A stretch of DNA of 64,000 nucleotides from the human T2T-CHM13v2.0 reference genome, Homo sapiens. This document shows, one piece after another, positions 27,984 through 42,358 of the stretch. The stretch is taken from assembly GCF_009914755.1 (NCBI RefSeq), contig NC_060927.1; one strand, written 5' to 3'. The position numbers and the translations under genes are program-made. Below the pieces are notes generated by a model. That model did no database searches. It saw only the letters and a list, made by a program, of their open reading frames with translations, and was not told the origin of the DNA. Position 1 is the first letter of the stretch; every line of letters begins with the position of its first letter.

Positions 27984-29674
27984 ACCATAGACCTCAAAGT
28001 GTTCCAAATGTCTAATTGTAGATACTTCAGAAACTGTGTTTCAAAACTGCTCTATCAAAAGGAAGGTTCAACTCTGTGAGTTGAATGCACACATCACAGA
28101 GTGGTTTCTGAGAATACTTCTGTCTAGTTTCTATTTGAAGATATTCCCTTTTCTACCACAGGCCTCAAAACCCTCCAAATGTCCACTTGCGCCTTCTACA
28201 AAAAGAGTGTTTCAATACTGCTCTATCAAAAGCAAGGTTCAACTCTGTGAGTTGAATGCACACATCACAAAGAAGTCTCTGAGAATGCTTCTGTCTAGTT
28301 ATTTGAAGACATTCCCTTTTCCAACGAATTCCTCAAAGCAGTCCAAATATCTACTTGCAGATTCTACAAAAAGAGTGTTTCATAAGTGCTCTATGAATAG
28401 GAAGGTTCAGCTCTGTGAGTTGAATGCACACATGACAAGGATGTTTCTGAGAATGCGTCTGTCTAGTCTCTATGTGAAGATATTTCGTTTTCCACCACAG
28501 GCCTCAAAGCCCTCCAAATGTCCACTTGCAGATTCTACAAAAAGAGTGTTTCAAAACTGTTCTATGAAAAGGAAGGTTCAACTCTGTGAGTTGAATGCAT
28601 ACAACACGAAGAAGTTTCTGAGATTGCTTCTGTCTAGTTTTCATTTGAAGATATTTCATTTTCCACCATAGACCTCAAAGCCCTCCAATTGTCTGCTTGG
28701 AGATTCTACAAAAAGAGTGTTTCAAAACTGCTCCATCAGTAGTAATGTTCAACTCTGTGAGTTGAATGCACACATGACAAAGATGTTTTTGAAAATGGTA
28801 CTGTCTAGTTTTTATGAGAGAATATTCCGGTTTCCAACGAAGGCCTCAAAGAGGTCCAAATATCAACTTGCAGATCTTCCAAAAAGAGTATTTCAAAACT
28901 GCTCAATCAAAAGAAAGCTTCACCTCTGTGAGTTGAATGCACACATCACAAACTACCTTATGAGAATTCTTCTGTCTAGTTTTTACGTGAAGATATTGTT
29001 TTCCACCTTAGACCTCAAAGCGCTCCAAATATCCACCTGCAGATTCTACAAAAAGAATGTTACAAAACTGCTCTATCAAAAGGAAGGTCCAACTCGGTGG
29101 GTTGAATGCACACATCACAAAGAAGTTTCTGAGAATGTTCCGTCTAGTTTCTATGTGAAGATATTTCCTACTCCACCACAGGCTTTAAAGGGCTCCTAAT
29201 GTCCACTTGCAGATTCTACAAAAAGAGTGTATCAAAACTGCTCTATCAAAAGAAAAGTTCGACTCCGTGAGTTGAATGCACAAATGACAAATAAGTTTCT
29301 GAAAATGCTTCTGTCTAGTTTTTATGTGAAGATATTTCCTTTTCTACCATACACCTCAAAGAGCTCCTAATATACACTTGCAGATTCTACAAAAAGAGGG
29401 TTTCAAAACTGGTCTATAAAAAGGAAGGTTCGAGTCTGTGAGTTGAATGCACACTTCACAAAGAAGTATCTGAGAATGCTTCTGTCTAGTTTTTATTTGA
29501 AGATATTCCCGTTTCCAACAAAGGCCTCAAATCGGTCCAAATATCCACTTGCAGATTCTCCAAAAAGAGTGTTTCAAAACTGTTCTAACAAAATGAAGGT
29601 TCAGCTCTGTGAGGTGAATGCACAGATCACCAAGAAGTTTCCGAGAATGCTTCCGTCTAGTTATTTGAAGATAT

Positions 29675-29691
29675 TCCCGTTTCCAACGAAG
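29675..29691 (-). promoter_or_regulatory. CENP-B box (perfect)
   Basis: tcccgtttccaacgaag. Confidence 0.9.
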
Positions 29692-31378
29692 GCCTCAGAG
29701 CAGTCCAAATATCCACTTGCAGGTTCTACAAAAACAGTGTATCAAAACTGCTCCATCAAAAGGAAGGTTCAACCCTGTGAGTTGAATGCACACATAACAA
29801 AGAAGTCTCTGATAACGCTTCTGTCTCGTTTCTATGTGAAGATACTTCCTTTTCCAACACAGACCTCAAAGCCCTCCAAATGTCCATTTGCAGATTCTGC
29901 AAAAAGAGTGTTTCAAAACCGCTCTATCAAAAGGAAGGTTCAAATCTGTGAGTTGAATGCACGCATCACAAAGAAGTCTCTGTGAATGCTCTGTCTAGTT
30001 TTTATTTGTAGATTTCCCATTTCCAAAGAAGGACTCAAAGCACTCCTAATTTCCACTTATAGGTTCTACAGAAACAGAGTTTCGAAACTGTTCTGTCAAA
30101 AGGAAGGTTCATCTCTGTGTGTTGAATGCACACAACACAACGAAGTTTCTAAGAATGCTTCTGATTAGTTACTATATGAAGATATTTCCTTTTCCACCAC
30201 AGGCCTCAAAGCCTTCCAAATGTCCACTTGCACATTCTACAAAAAGAGTGTTTCAATATTGCTCTATCAAAAGTAAGGTTCAAGTCTGTGAGTTGATTGC
30301 ACACATCACAAAGAAGGTTCTGAGAAAGCATTTGTGTAGTTATTTGAAGACATTCACGTTTCCAAAGAAGGCCTCAAAGCGGTCCAAATATGCCCTTGCA
30401 GATTCTACAAAAAAAGAGTGTTTCAAAACTGCTCTATCAAAAGAAATGTTCCCCACTGTGAGTTGAATGCACACATCACAAAGAAGTTCCTGAGAATGCT
30501 CCTGTCTAGTTTTTATTTGAAGATATTTCCTTTTCTAACATATGCCTCAAAGCGCTCCAAATGTCCACTTGCAGATTCTTCAAAAAGATTGTTTTAAGAC
30601 TGCATATCAAAAGAAAGGTTCAACTCTGTGAGTTGAATGCACACATCACAAAGAAGTTTCTGAAAATGCTTCTGTCTAGCTTTTAAGTGAGGATATTCCC
30701 GTTTCCAACACAGGCCTCAAAGCCCTCCAAATGTCCACTAGGAGATTCTACAAAAAAGTGTTTCAAAAGTGCTTTATCAATAGGAATTTTCAATGGTGTG
30801 AGTTGAGTGCACAGAACACAAAGAAGTTTCTGAGAATGCTTCTGTCTAGTTTTATTTGAAGATATTCCTCTTTCCAACGAAGGTCTAAAAGCAGTCGAAA
30901 TATTCACTTGCAGATCCTACAAAAAGAGTGTTTCAAAAGTGCTCTATCAAAAGGAAAGTTCAACTCTGTGAGTTGAATGCACACATCACAAAGAGGTTTC
31001 TGACAATGCTTCTGTCTAGTCTCTATGTGAAGATATCACCTTTTCCACCAAGGGCCTCAAATCCCTCCAGATATCTACTTATACATTCCACAAAAAGAGT
31101 GTTTCAAAACAGCTCCATAAAAAGGAAGATTCAATTCTGTGAGTTGAATGCACACATCACAAAGAAGTTTCTGAGAATGCTGCTGTCTAGTTTTTATTTG
31201 AAGATATTTCCTTTTCTACCATAGGCCTCAAAGCGCACAAAATATCCACTTGGAGATTCTACAAAAAGAGTGTTTCAAAACTGCTCTACCAAAAGTAATG
31301 TTCAACTCTGTGAGTTGAATGCACACATCACAAAGATCTTTCTGAAAATGCTTCTATCTAGCTTTTATGTGAGAATAT

Positions 31379-31395
31379 TCCCGTTTCCAACGAAG
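31379..31395 (-). promoter_or_regulatory. CENP-B box (perfect)
   Basis: tcccgtttccaacgaag. Confidence 0.9.
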
Positions 31396-33085
31396 GCCTC
31401 AAGGCGGTCCAAATATCCACTTGCAGCTTCTCTAAAAAGATTGTTTCCAAACTGCTTTATCAAAAGAAAGTTAAACCTCTATGTGTTGAATGCTCACATC
31501 ACAAAATAGTTTCTGAGAATGCTTCTGTCTACTTTTAATGTGAAGATATTTGCTTTTATAGCATAGGCCTGAAAACACTCCAAATATCCATTTACAGATC
31601 CTTCAAAAAGAATGTTTCAAAAGTGCTCTATGAAAAGGAATGTTCATCTCTGTGAGTTGAATACACACATCAATCACAAAGAAATTTCTGAGAATGCTTC
31701 TGTCTAGTTTTTAGGTGAAGATATTCCGTTTTCCAACGAAGGACTCAATGCTGTCCAAATATCCACTTGTAGATTCTACAAAAAGAGTGTTTCAAAACTG
31801 CTCTATCAAAAGGTAGGTTTAACTCTGTGAGTTGAATGCACACATAACAAAGAGGCTTCTGAGAATGCTTTTGTCTAGTCTCTATTTGATGGTATATACT
31901 TTTCCACCACAGGCCTTAAAGTCGACCAAATGTCTGCTTGCAGATTCTACAGAAAAGTTTTTCAAAACTGCTCTAAGAAAAGAAATGTTCATCTCTGTGT
32001 TGAATGCACAGATCACAAAGAGGATTCTGAGAATGCTTCTGTCTAGTCTCCATGTGAAGATGTTTCCTTTTCCACCACAGGCCTCAAAGCCCTCCAAATG
32101 TCCACTAGCAGATTCTACAAAAAGAGTGTTTCAATACTGCTCCATCAAAAGAAGGTTCAACTCGGTTAGTTGAATGCACACATCACAAAGAAATTTCTGA
32201 GAATGCTTCTCTCTAGTTTTCACTTAAAAATATTTCCTGTTCTACCATAGGCCTCAAAGCACACAAAATGTCCACTTGGAGAGTCTACAAAAAGAGTGTT
32301 TCAAAACTGCTGTATCAAAAGTAATATTCAAATCTGTGAGTTGAATGAAGACATCACAAAGAATTTTCTGAAAATGCTTCTGTCTACTTTTTAAGTGGGG
32401 ATATTCTCTTTTCCAACAAAGGTCTCAAAGTGGTCCAAATATCACCTTGCAGATTCTACAAAAACTATGTTTCAAAACTGCTGTATCAAAAGAAAGGTTC
32501 AACACTATGATTTGAATGCACACATCACAAAGAGTATTCTCAGAATACTTCTGTCTAGTTTCTATGTGAAGATATTTCCTTTTCTACCATAGGCCTCAAA
32601 ACTCTCCAAATGTCCACTTGCAGATTATTCAAAAAGAGTGTTTCAAAACTGCTCTATCTAAAGGAAGGTTCAACTCTGTGAGCTGAATGCACACATCACA
32701 AAGAAGTTTCTGAAAATGCTTCTGTCTAGTTTTTAAGTGAGGATATTCCCTTTTCCACCACAAACCTCAAATCCCTGCAAATGTCCACTTGCAGATTCTA
32801 CAAAAAGACTGTTTCAAAACTGCTCTATCAAAAGGAAATTTCAACTGTGTGAGTTGAATGCACACATCACAAAGAAGTTTCTGAGAATGCCTCTGTCTAG
32901 TTTCAATTTGAAGATACTCCCGTTTCCACCACAGGTCTCAAAGCCCTCCAAATGTCCACTTGCAGATTCCCCAAAAAGAGGATTTCAAAACTGTTCTATC
33001 AAAAGGAAGGTTCAACTCTGTGAGTTGGAGACACACATCACAAAGAAGTTCCTGAGAATGCTTCTGTCTAGTTATTTGAAGATAT

Positions 33086-33102
33086 TCCCGTTTCCAACGA
33101 AG
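33086..33102 (-). promoter_or_regulatory. CENP-B box (perfect)
   Basis: tcccgtttccaacgaag. Confidence 0.9.
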
Positions 33103-36100
33103 GCCTCAAAGCGGTCCAAATATCCACTTGCAGATTCCACAAAAAGAGTGTTTCAAAACTGCTCTATCAAAAGGAATTTTCAGCTCAGTGAATTGAATGC
33201 AAACATCACAAAGGGGCTTCTGAGAATCGTTCTGTTGAGTTTCTATGTGAAGATATTTCCTTTTCTACCACAGGTTTCAAAACCCTCCAAATGTCCACTT
33301 GAAGATTCTACAAAATGAGTGTTTCAAAACTGCTCAATTGAAAGAAATGTTCAACTCTCTGTGTTGAATACACACATCACAAAGAGGTTTCTGAGAATGC
33401 TTCTTTCTAGTCTTTACGTGAAGATATTACATTTTCCACCAGAGGCCTCAAAGCCCTCCAGATGTCCACTTGCAGATTCTTCAAAAAGAGTGTTTCAAAA
33501 CTGCTCTATCAAAAAGAAGTTTCAACTCTGTGAGTTGAATGAACTCATCACAAAGTGGTTTCTGAGAATGCTTTTGTCTAGTTTTCATATGAAGATATTT
33601 CCTTTTCTACCATAGGCCTCAAAGCGCTCCAAATGTCCACTTACAGATTCTTCAAAAAGATTGTTCCAAAATTCCTCTATCAAAAGGAAGGTACAACTCT
33701 CTGAGTTGAATGCACACATCACAAAGCAGTTTCTGAAAATGTTTCTGTCTAGTTTTTAAGTGAGGATACTCGCGTTTCCAACGAAGGACTCAAACCGGTC
33801 CAAATATCCCCTTGCAGATCCTACAAAAAGAGTGTTTCAAAACTGCTCTATTAAAAGAAAGGTTAACCTCTGTGAGTTGAATGCACACATTCCAAAGAAG
33901 TTTCTGAGAATGCTTCTGTCTAGTTTTATATGAAGATATTTTCTTTTCTACTATAGGCCTCAATGCGCTCCAAATATCCACTTGCAGATTGTACAAAAGA
34001 GTGTTTCAAAACTGCTGTATAAAAAGTAAGGTTCAACTCTGTGAGTTGAATACACATATCACAAAGAGGTTTCTGAGTATACTTCTGTCTAGTTTCTATG
34101 TGAAGATAATTTCTTTTCTACCATAGGCCTCAAAGCGCTCCAAACGTCCACTTGCAGATTCTTCAAAAAGAGTGTTTCAAAACTGCTCTGTCAAAAGGAA
34201 GGTTCAACTCTGTGAGTTGAAGTCACACATCACAAAGAAGTTTCTGAAAATGCTTCTGTCTAGTTTTTAAGTGAGTGTATTCTGGTTTCCTCCACAAGAC
34301 TCAAAGCTCTCCAAATGTACACTTGAAGATTCTACAAAAACAGTGTTTCAAAACTGCTCTATCAAAAGGAATGTTAAACTCTGTGAGTTGAATGCACATA
34401 TCACAAAGAATTTTCTGAAAATGACTTCATCTAGATTTTAAGTGAGGATATTCTTTTTTCTAACCAAGGTCTCAAAGCCGTCCAAATATCCCCTTACAGA
34501 TTCTACAAAAAGATTGTTTCAAAACTGCTCTATCAAAAGAAACATTCAACCCTGTGAGTTGAATGCTCCCATTACAAAGTGTATTCTGACAATACTTCTG
34601 TCTAGTTACTATGTGAAGGTATTTTCTTTTCTACCACAGGCCTCAATGAGCTCCAAATGTCCACTTGTAGATTCTTCAAAAAGAGTGTGTCAAAACTGCT
34701 CCTTCAAAAGGAAGGTTCAACTCTGTAAGGTGAATGCACACGTCACAAAGAAGTTTCAGAAAATGCTTCAGTCTGGTTTTTAAGTGATGATATTCCCGTT
34801 TCCAACACAGGCCTCAAATCCCTCCAAATGTCCACTTGCAGATTCCACAAAAAGAGTATTTCAAAACTGCTCTATCAAAAGGAAGTTTCAAATGTGTGAG
34901 TTGAATGCAAAGATCAAAAAGGAGTTTCTGAGAATGCTTCTGTCTAGTTTCTATTTGAAGATACTCCCGCTTCCACCACAGGCCTCAAAGCCATCCAAAT
35001 GTCCACTTGCAGATTCTTCAAAAACAGTGTTCCAAAACTGCTCTATCAAAAGAAATGTTCAAATCTATGTGTAGAATGCACACATTACAAAGGGGTTTCT
35101 GAGAATGCTTCTGTCTAGTCTCTATGGGAAGATATTCCCTTTTCCACTGCAGGCCTCAAAGCCCTCCAAATGTCCACTTGCAGATTCTACAAAAAGAGTG
35201 TTTCAAAACTGTGCTATCAAAAGGAAGGTTGAAATCTGTGAGTGGAACGCACGCATCACAAAGAAGTTTCTGACAATACCTATGTCTAGTTTTTATTTGA
35301 AGATACTCCCGTTTCCAAAGAAGATCTCAAAGCAGTCCAAATATGCAATTGCAGGTTCTACAAAAGAGTGTTTCAAAACTGCTCGATCAAAGGGAAGGTT
35401 GAAATCGGTGTGTTGAATGCACACATCACAAAGAAGGTTCTGAGAATGCTTCTGTCTAGTTTCTATGCGAAGATATTTCTTTTTCCACCACAGGCCACAA
35501 AGCCCTCTAAATGTCCACCAGCACATTCTATAAAAAGAGTGTGTCAATACTGCTCTATCAAAAGTAGTGTTCAAGTCTGTGAGTTGATTGCACACATAAC
35601 AAAGAACTTTCTGAGAATGCTTCTGTCTAGTTATTTGAAGGCATTCCCTTTTCCAACGAAGGCCTCATTGCCGTCCAAATATCCACTTCCAGATATTACA
35701 AAAAGTGTGTTCCAAAACTGCTCTATCAAAAGAAAGGTTCAACACTGTGAGTTGAACGCACACTTCACAAAGAGTTTTCTGTGAATGCTTCAGTCTAGTC
35801 TCTATGTGAAGATATTTCCCATTCCACCCCAGGCCTTAAAGGTCTCCAAATGTCCACTTGCAGATTCTACAAAAAGAGTGTTTCAAAACTGCTCGATCAA
35901 AAGAAAATTTTGATTCTGTGAGTTGAATGCACACATCACAAAGAAGTTTCTGAGAATGCTTCTGTCTAGTTTTTATTTGAAGATATTCCCGTTTCCAATG
36001 AAGGCCTCAAAGCGGTCTAAATATCCACTGGCAGATTCTACAAAAAGAGTGTTTCAAAACTGCTCTATCAAAAGAAACGTTCAACTCTGTGACTTGAATG

Positions 36101-39100
36101 CGCACATCACAAAGAAGTTTCTGAGAATGCTTCTATCTAGTGATTTGAAGATATTACTGTTTCCAAGGAAGGCATTAAAGCAGTTAAAATATACACCTGC
36201 AGATTCTACAAAAAGAATGTTTAAAAAAACGGCTCTACCAAAAGGAAATTCAACACAGTCAATTGAATGCACACATCACAAATTGGTTTCTGAGAACTGT
36301 TCTGTCTAGTTTCTGTTTGAAGATATGTGCTTTTCTACCACAGGCCTCAAAGCACTCCAAATATGCACTTACAGATTCTACAAAAGGAGTGTTTCAAAAC
36401 TGTTCTATCAAAAGGAGTTTCAAATCTGTGAGTTGAATGCACACATCACAAAGAAGTTTCTGAGAATGCTTCTGTCTAGTTTTTATATGAAGATATTTCT
36501 TTTTCCACCATACGCCCCAAAGCTCTCAAAATGTCCACTTGCAGATTCTACAAAAAGAGTGTTTCAAAACTTCTCTATGAAAACAAAGGTTCAACTCTGT
36601 GAGTTCAATGCACACATCACAAAGAAGTTTCTGAGAATGCTTCTCTCTAGTTTTTATGTGAAGATACTCCCGTTTCCAATGAAGCCCACAAAGCCGTCCA
36701 AATATCCACTTGCAGATTCTACGAAAAGAGTGTTTCAAATCTGCCCTATGAAATGGTATGTTCAAGCCTGCGAGTTAAATGCAAACATCACAAAGTATTT
36801 TCTGAGAATGCTTCTGTCATTTTTTTATGTGAAGATATTTCCTTTTCCACTGAAAGCCTCGAAGCTCTCCAGATGTCCACTTGCAGATTATACAAAAAGA
36901 GTGTTTCAAAACTGCTCTATCAAAAGAAATCCTCAAATCTGTTGATTGAATGCACACATCACAAAGAAGTTCCTGAGTATGCTTCTCTCTAGTTTTTATG
37001 TGAAGATATTCCCATTTCCAACGAAGGCCTCAAAGCAGTCCAAATATCCACTTGCAGATTATACGAAAAGAGTGTTTCAAAACTGCTCTATGGAAAGGTA
37101 CGTTCAACTCAGTGAGTCGAATACAAACATCCTGAAGAATTTTCTGAGAATGCTTCTGTCTAGTTTTTATGTGAAGATTTTCCAGTTTCCAAAGAAGGCC
37201 TCAAAGCAGTCCAAATATACACTTGCAGATTCAACGAAAAGAGTGTTTCAAAACTGTTCTATGAAAATGTATGTTCAACTCTGTGAGTTGAATGCAAACA
37301 TCACAAAGAAGTTTCTGAAAATTATTCTGTCTAGTTTTCATGTGTAGATATATTTTATCCACCTTAAGCCTCAAAGCTCTCCAAATGTCCACTTTCAGAT
37401 TCTACAAAAAGAGTGTTTCAAAATTGCTCTATCAAAAGAAAAGTTCAAATCTCTGAAATGAATGCACACATCACAAAGAAGTTTGTGAGAATGCTTCTTT
37501 CTAGTTTTTATGTGGAGATATTCCCGTTTCCAAAGAAGTCCTCAAAGCAGTCCAAATATCCACTTGCAGATTCTATGAAAAGAGTGTTTCAAAACTGCTC
37601 TATGAAAAGGTACGTTCAATTCGGTGAGTTGAATGCAAACGTGAAAAAGAAGTTTCTGAGAATACTTCTGTCTAGTTGTTATGTGAAGATATTTCCTTTT
37701 CCACTGGAGGCCTCAAAGCTCTCCAAAATTCCACACGTATATTCTACAAAAGGAGTGTTTCAAAACTTCTCTATGAAAAGAAAGGTGCAAATCTGTGAAT
37801 TGAATGCAAACAACACAATCATGTTTCTGAGAATACTTCTGTCTAGTTTTTATGTGAAGATATTCCCATTTCCATCAAAGGCCTAAGAGCAGTCAAAATA
37901 TCCACTAGCAGATTCTACAAAAAGAGTTTTTCAAACTGCTCTATTAAAAGGTGTCTTCAACATTGTGAGTTGAATGCAAACATCTCAAAGGAGTTTCTGA
38001 GAATGCTTCTGTCTAGTTTTTATGTGAAGATATTCCCGTTTCCAGAAAAGGCCTCAAAGCAGTCCAAATATCCACTTGCAGATCCAACGAAAAGGGTGTT
38101 TCATAACTGCTCTATTGAAATTTGTGTTCAACTCTGTGAGTTGAATGCACACACCACAAATAAATTTCTGAAAATATTTCCGTCTAGTTTTTATTTGAAG
38201 ATATTTACTTTTCCTACATAGGCCTCAGAGCTCTCCAAATGTCTACTTGCAGATATTCCAAATGAGTGTTTCAAAACTGCTGTATCAAAAGAAAGGTTCA
38301 AACCTGTCAATTGAATGCACACATCACGAAGGAGTTTCTGTGAATACTTCTGTATAGTTTTTATGTGAAGATATTACCGTTTCCAACGAAGGCCTCAAAG
38401 CATTCGAAATTTCCACTTGCAGATTCTATGAAAAGAATGTTTCAAACTGCTTTATGAAAAGGTACGTTCTACTCTATGAGTTGAATGCAAACATCACAAA
38501 GAAGTTTCTCAGAATGCCTCTGTCTAGTTTTTATGTGAAGATATTTCCTTTTCCACAATAGGCCTCAAAGCTCTCCAAATGTCCACTTGCAGATTCTACA
38601 AAAAGAGTGTTTCAAAACTGATATATCGAAAGAAATTCCCAATCTGTGAATACAATGCAAACAACACAAATAAATTTCTGAGAATTCTTCTGTCTAGTTT
38701 ATATATGAAGATATTCCCCTTTATAACGAACGCCTCAAAACAGTCCAAATATCCACTTACAGCTTCTACGACAAGAGTGTTTCAAAACTGCTCTATGTAA
38801 AGGCATGTTCAACTATGGCGTTGAATGCAAACATCACAAAGAAGTTTCTGAGAATGCTTTTGTCTAGTTACTATGTGAAGATATTTCCTTTTACTCCATA
38901 GGCCTCAAAGCTCTCCAAATGTATACTTGCAGATTCTACAAAAAGAGCGTTTCAAAAGTGCTCTATCAAAAGAAAGATTTAAATCCATGACTTGAATGCA
39001 CATATCACAAAGAATTTTCTGAGAATGCTTGTCTACTTTTTATGTGGTGTTATTCTGGTTTCCAACGAAGGCATCAAAGCAGTCCAAATATACACTTGCA

Positions 39101-39907
39101 GCTTCTACAACAAGAGTGTTTCAAAACTGCTCTATGAAAAGGTACGTTCAACTCTGTGAGTTGAATGCAAGCATCACAAAGAAGTTTCTGAGAATGCTTC
39201 AGTCTAGTTTTTATGGGGAGATATATTTCTTTTCCACCATAGGCCTCAAAGCTCTCCAAATGTCCACTTGCAGATTCTACAAAAAGAGTTTTTCAAAACT
39301 GCTCTATCAAAACAAAGGTTCAAATCTGTGAGTTGAATGCACACATCACAAAGGATTCTCTGAGAATGCTTCTGTCTAGTTTTTATGTGAAGATATTTCC
39401 TTTTCTACCATAGGCCTCAAAGCTCTCTAAATGTCCACTTGCAGATTCTACAAAAACAGCGTTTCAAAACTGCTCTATGAAAAGAAATGTTCAAATCTGT
39501 GAATTGAATGCACACATCACAAAGAAGTTTCTGAGAATGCTTCAGTTTAGTTTTTATTTGAAGATATTCCGTTTCCAACGAAGGCCTCAAAGCAGTCCAC
39601 ATATTCACTTGCAGATTCTACGAAAAGAGTGTTTCAAAACTGCTCTATGAAAAGGTACGTTCAACTCTGTGAGTTGAATGCAAGCATCACAAAGAAGTTT
39701 CTGAGAATGCTTCAGTCTAGTTTTTATGGGGAGATATTTCTTTTCCACCATAGGCCTCAAAGCTCTCCAAATGTCCACTTGCAGATTCTACAAAAAGAGT
39801 TTTTCAAAACTGCTCTATCAAAACAAAGGTTCAAATCTGTGAGTTGAATGCACACATCACAAAGAAGTTTCTGAGAATGCTTCTGTCTAGTTTTTATGTG
39901 GACATAT

Positions 39908-39924
39908 TCCCGTTTTCAACGAAG
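39908..39924 (-). promoter_or_regulatory. CENP-B box (9 essential bases intact)
   Basis: tcccgttttcaacgaag. Confidence 0.8.
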
Positions 39925-41659
39925 TCCTCAAAGCAGTCCTAATATCCACTTGCAGATTTCCCGAATAGAGTGTTTCAAAACTGCTCTATGAAACCGTATG
40001 TTCAACTCTGTAAGTTGTATGCAAACATCACAAAGAAGTTTCTGAGAATGCTTCTATCTAGTTTCTACGTGAAGATATACCCTTTTCCAACATAGGCCTA
40101 AAAGCAGTCCAAATGTAAACTTGCAGATTCTACAAAAAGAATGTTTCAAAACTCCTCTATCAAAACAAAGGTTAAACTCTGTGAGTTGAACGCACACATC
40201 ACAAAGAAGTTTCTGAGAATGCTTCTGTTTAGTTTTTATGTGAAGATATTCCGTTTCCAACGAAGGCCTCAAAGCAGTCCACATATTCACTTGCAGATTC
40301 TATGAAAAGAGTGTTTCAAAATTGCTGTATCAAAAGAAAGGTTTAACTGTTTGACTTAAATACATATATCACAAAGAAGTTTCTGAGAATGCATCTGTCT
40401 ACTTTTTATGTAAAGATATTTCGTTTTCCACCAGAGACCTCAAAGCTCTCCAAATGTCCACTTGCAGATTCTACAAAAAGAGTGTTTCAAAACAGCTCTA
40501 GGAAAAAGTAGTTGCAGATTTACTGAAAAGAGTGTTTCAAAACTGCTCTATGAAAATGTATGTTCAACACTGAGAATTGAATGCAAACATCTCAAAGAAG
40601 TTTCTGAAAATCCTACTGTCAAGTTTTTGTGTGTAGATATTTCTTTTTCCACAATAGTCCCCAAAGCTCTCCAAATGTCCACTTGCAGATTCTACAAAAA
40701 GCGTGTTTCAAAACTGCTCTATCAAAAGAAATGTTCAAATCCGTGAATTGAATGCACACATCAAAAGAAGTTTATGAGAATGCTTCTGTATATTTTTTAT
40801 GTGAAGATATTCCCATTTCCAATGAAGGCCTCAAAGCAATCCAAATATCTACTTGCAGATTCTACGAAAAGAGTTTTTCAAAACTTCTTTATAAAAAGAT
40901 ATGTTCAACTCAGTGAGTTGAATGCAAACATCACAATGATGTTTCTGAGAATGCTTCTGTCTAGTTTTTATGTGAAGATATTTCCTTCTCCATCGCAGGC
41001 CTTAAAGCACTCCAAATGTCCACTTGCAGATTCTTCAAATTTGTGTTTCAAAACTATTCTATCAAAAGAAAGGTTCAAATCCCTGAGTTGAATGCACACA
41101 TCAAAAAGAATTTTCCGCGAACGGTTGTCTACTTTTTATGTGGTAATATTCCCGTGTCCAAAGAAAGTCTAAGAGCAGTCCAAATATCCACTTGCAAATA
41201 TAAATAAAAGAGTGTTTCAAAACTGCTCTATGAATAGGTCTGTTCAACTCTGTGTGGTGAATGCACACATCACAAAGAAGTTTCTCACAATGCTTCTGTC
41301 TAGTTTTTATGTGAAGATATTCCCGTTTCCAACGGACTCAAAGCAGTCCAAATATACACTTGCAGATTCTACGAAGTGAGTGTTTCAAATCTGCTCTATG
41401 AAAAGGTATCTTCAACTCTGTGAGTAGAATGCAAACATCACAAAGAAGTTTCTGAGAATACTTCTGTCTAGTTTTTATATAAAGATATTTTCTTTTCCAC
41501 CATAGGCCCCAAAGCTCTCAAAATGTCCACTTGCAGATTCAACAAAAAGAGTGTCTCAAAACTGCTCTATCAAAAGAAAGCTTCAACTCTGTGAGGTGAA
41601 TGCACACATCACAAAGAAGTTTCTGAGAATGATACTGTCTAGTTTTTGTGTGAAGATCT

Positions 41660-41676
41660 TCCCGTTTCCAACGAAG
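41660..41676 (-). promoter_or_regulatory. CENP-B box (perfect)
   Basis: tcccgtttccaacgaag. Confidence 0.9.
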
Positions 41677-42341
41677 GCCTCAAAGTAGTCCAAATAACCA
41701 CTTGCAGATTCTACGAAAAGAATGTTCCAAAACTGTTCTATGTAAAGATATGTTCAACTCTGTGAGTTGAATGCAAACATCACAAAGAAATTTCTGAAAA
41801 TGTTTCTGTCTGGTTTTTATATGAAGATATTTCCTTTTTTACCCTAGGCCTCAAAGCTCTCCAAATGTCCACTTGGTGATTCTACAAAAAGAGTGTTGCA
41901 AAACTGCTTTAAGAAAAGAAAGGTTCAACTATGTCAGTTGAGAGCACACATCATAAAGAAGTTTATGATTATGCCTCTGTCTAGTTTTTATGTGAAGATA
42001 TTCCCGTTTCCAATGAAGGCCTAAGAGCAGTCCAAATATCCACTAGCAGATTCTACGAAAAAAGCGTTTAAAAACTGCTCTATGAAAAGGTATCTTCAAC
42101 TTTGTTAGTTGAATGCAAACTTCACAAAGAAGTTTCTGAAAATGCTTCTGTCTGGTTTTTATGCGAAGATATTTCTTTTTCCACCATAGGCCTCAAAGCT
42201 CTCCAAATGTCCACATGCAGATTCTACAAAAAGAGTGTTTCAAAACTGCTGTACCAAAAGAAAGGTTCAAATCTGTGAGTTGAATGCACACATCACAAAG
42301 CAGTTTCTGAGAGTGCTTGACTACTTTTTATGTGTTGACAT

Positions 42342-42358
42342 TCCCGGTTCCAACGAAG
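42342..42358 (-). promoter_or_regulatory. CENP-B box (9 essential bases intact)
   Basis: tcccggttccaacgaag. Confidence 0.8.

Noticed and set aside
29675-33102. Three perfect CENP-B boxes spaced ~1705 bp apart, suggesting a 10-mer HOR
   Set aside because: The host monomers differ in class (ttatttgaagat vs gtgagaat) and I could not see collinearity at that lag; probably coincidence.
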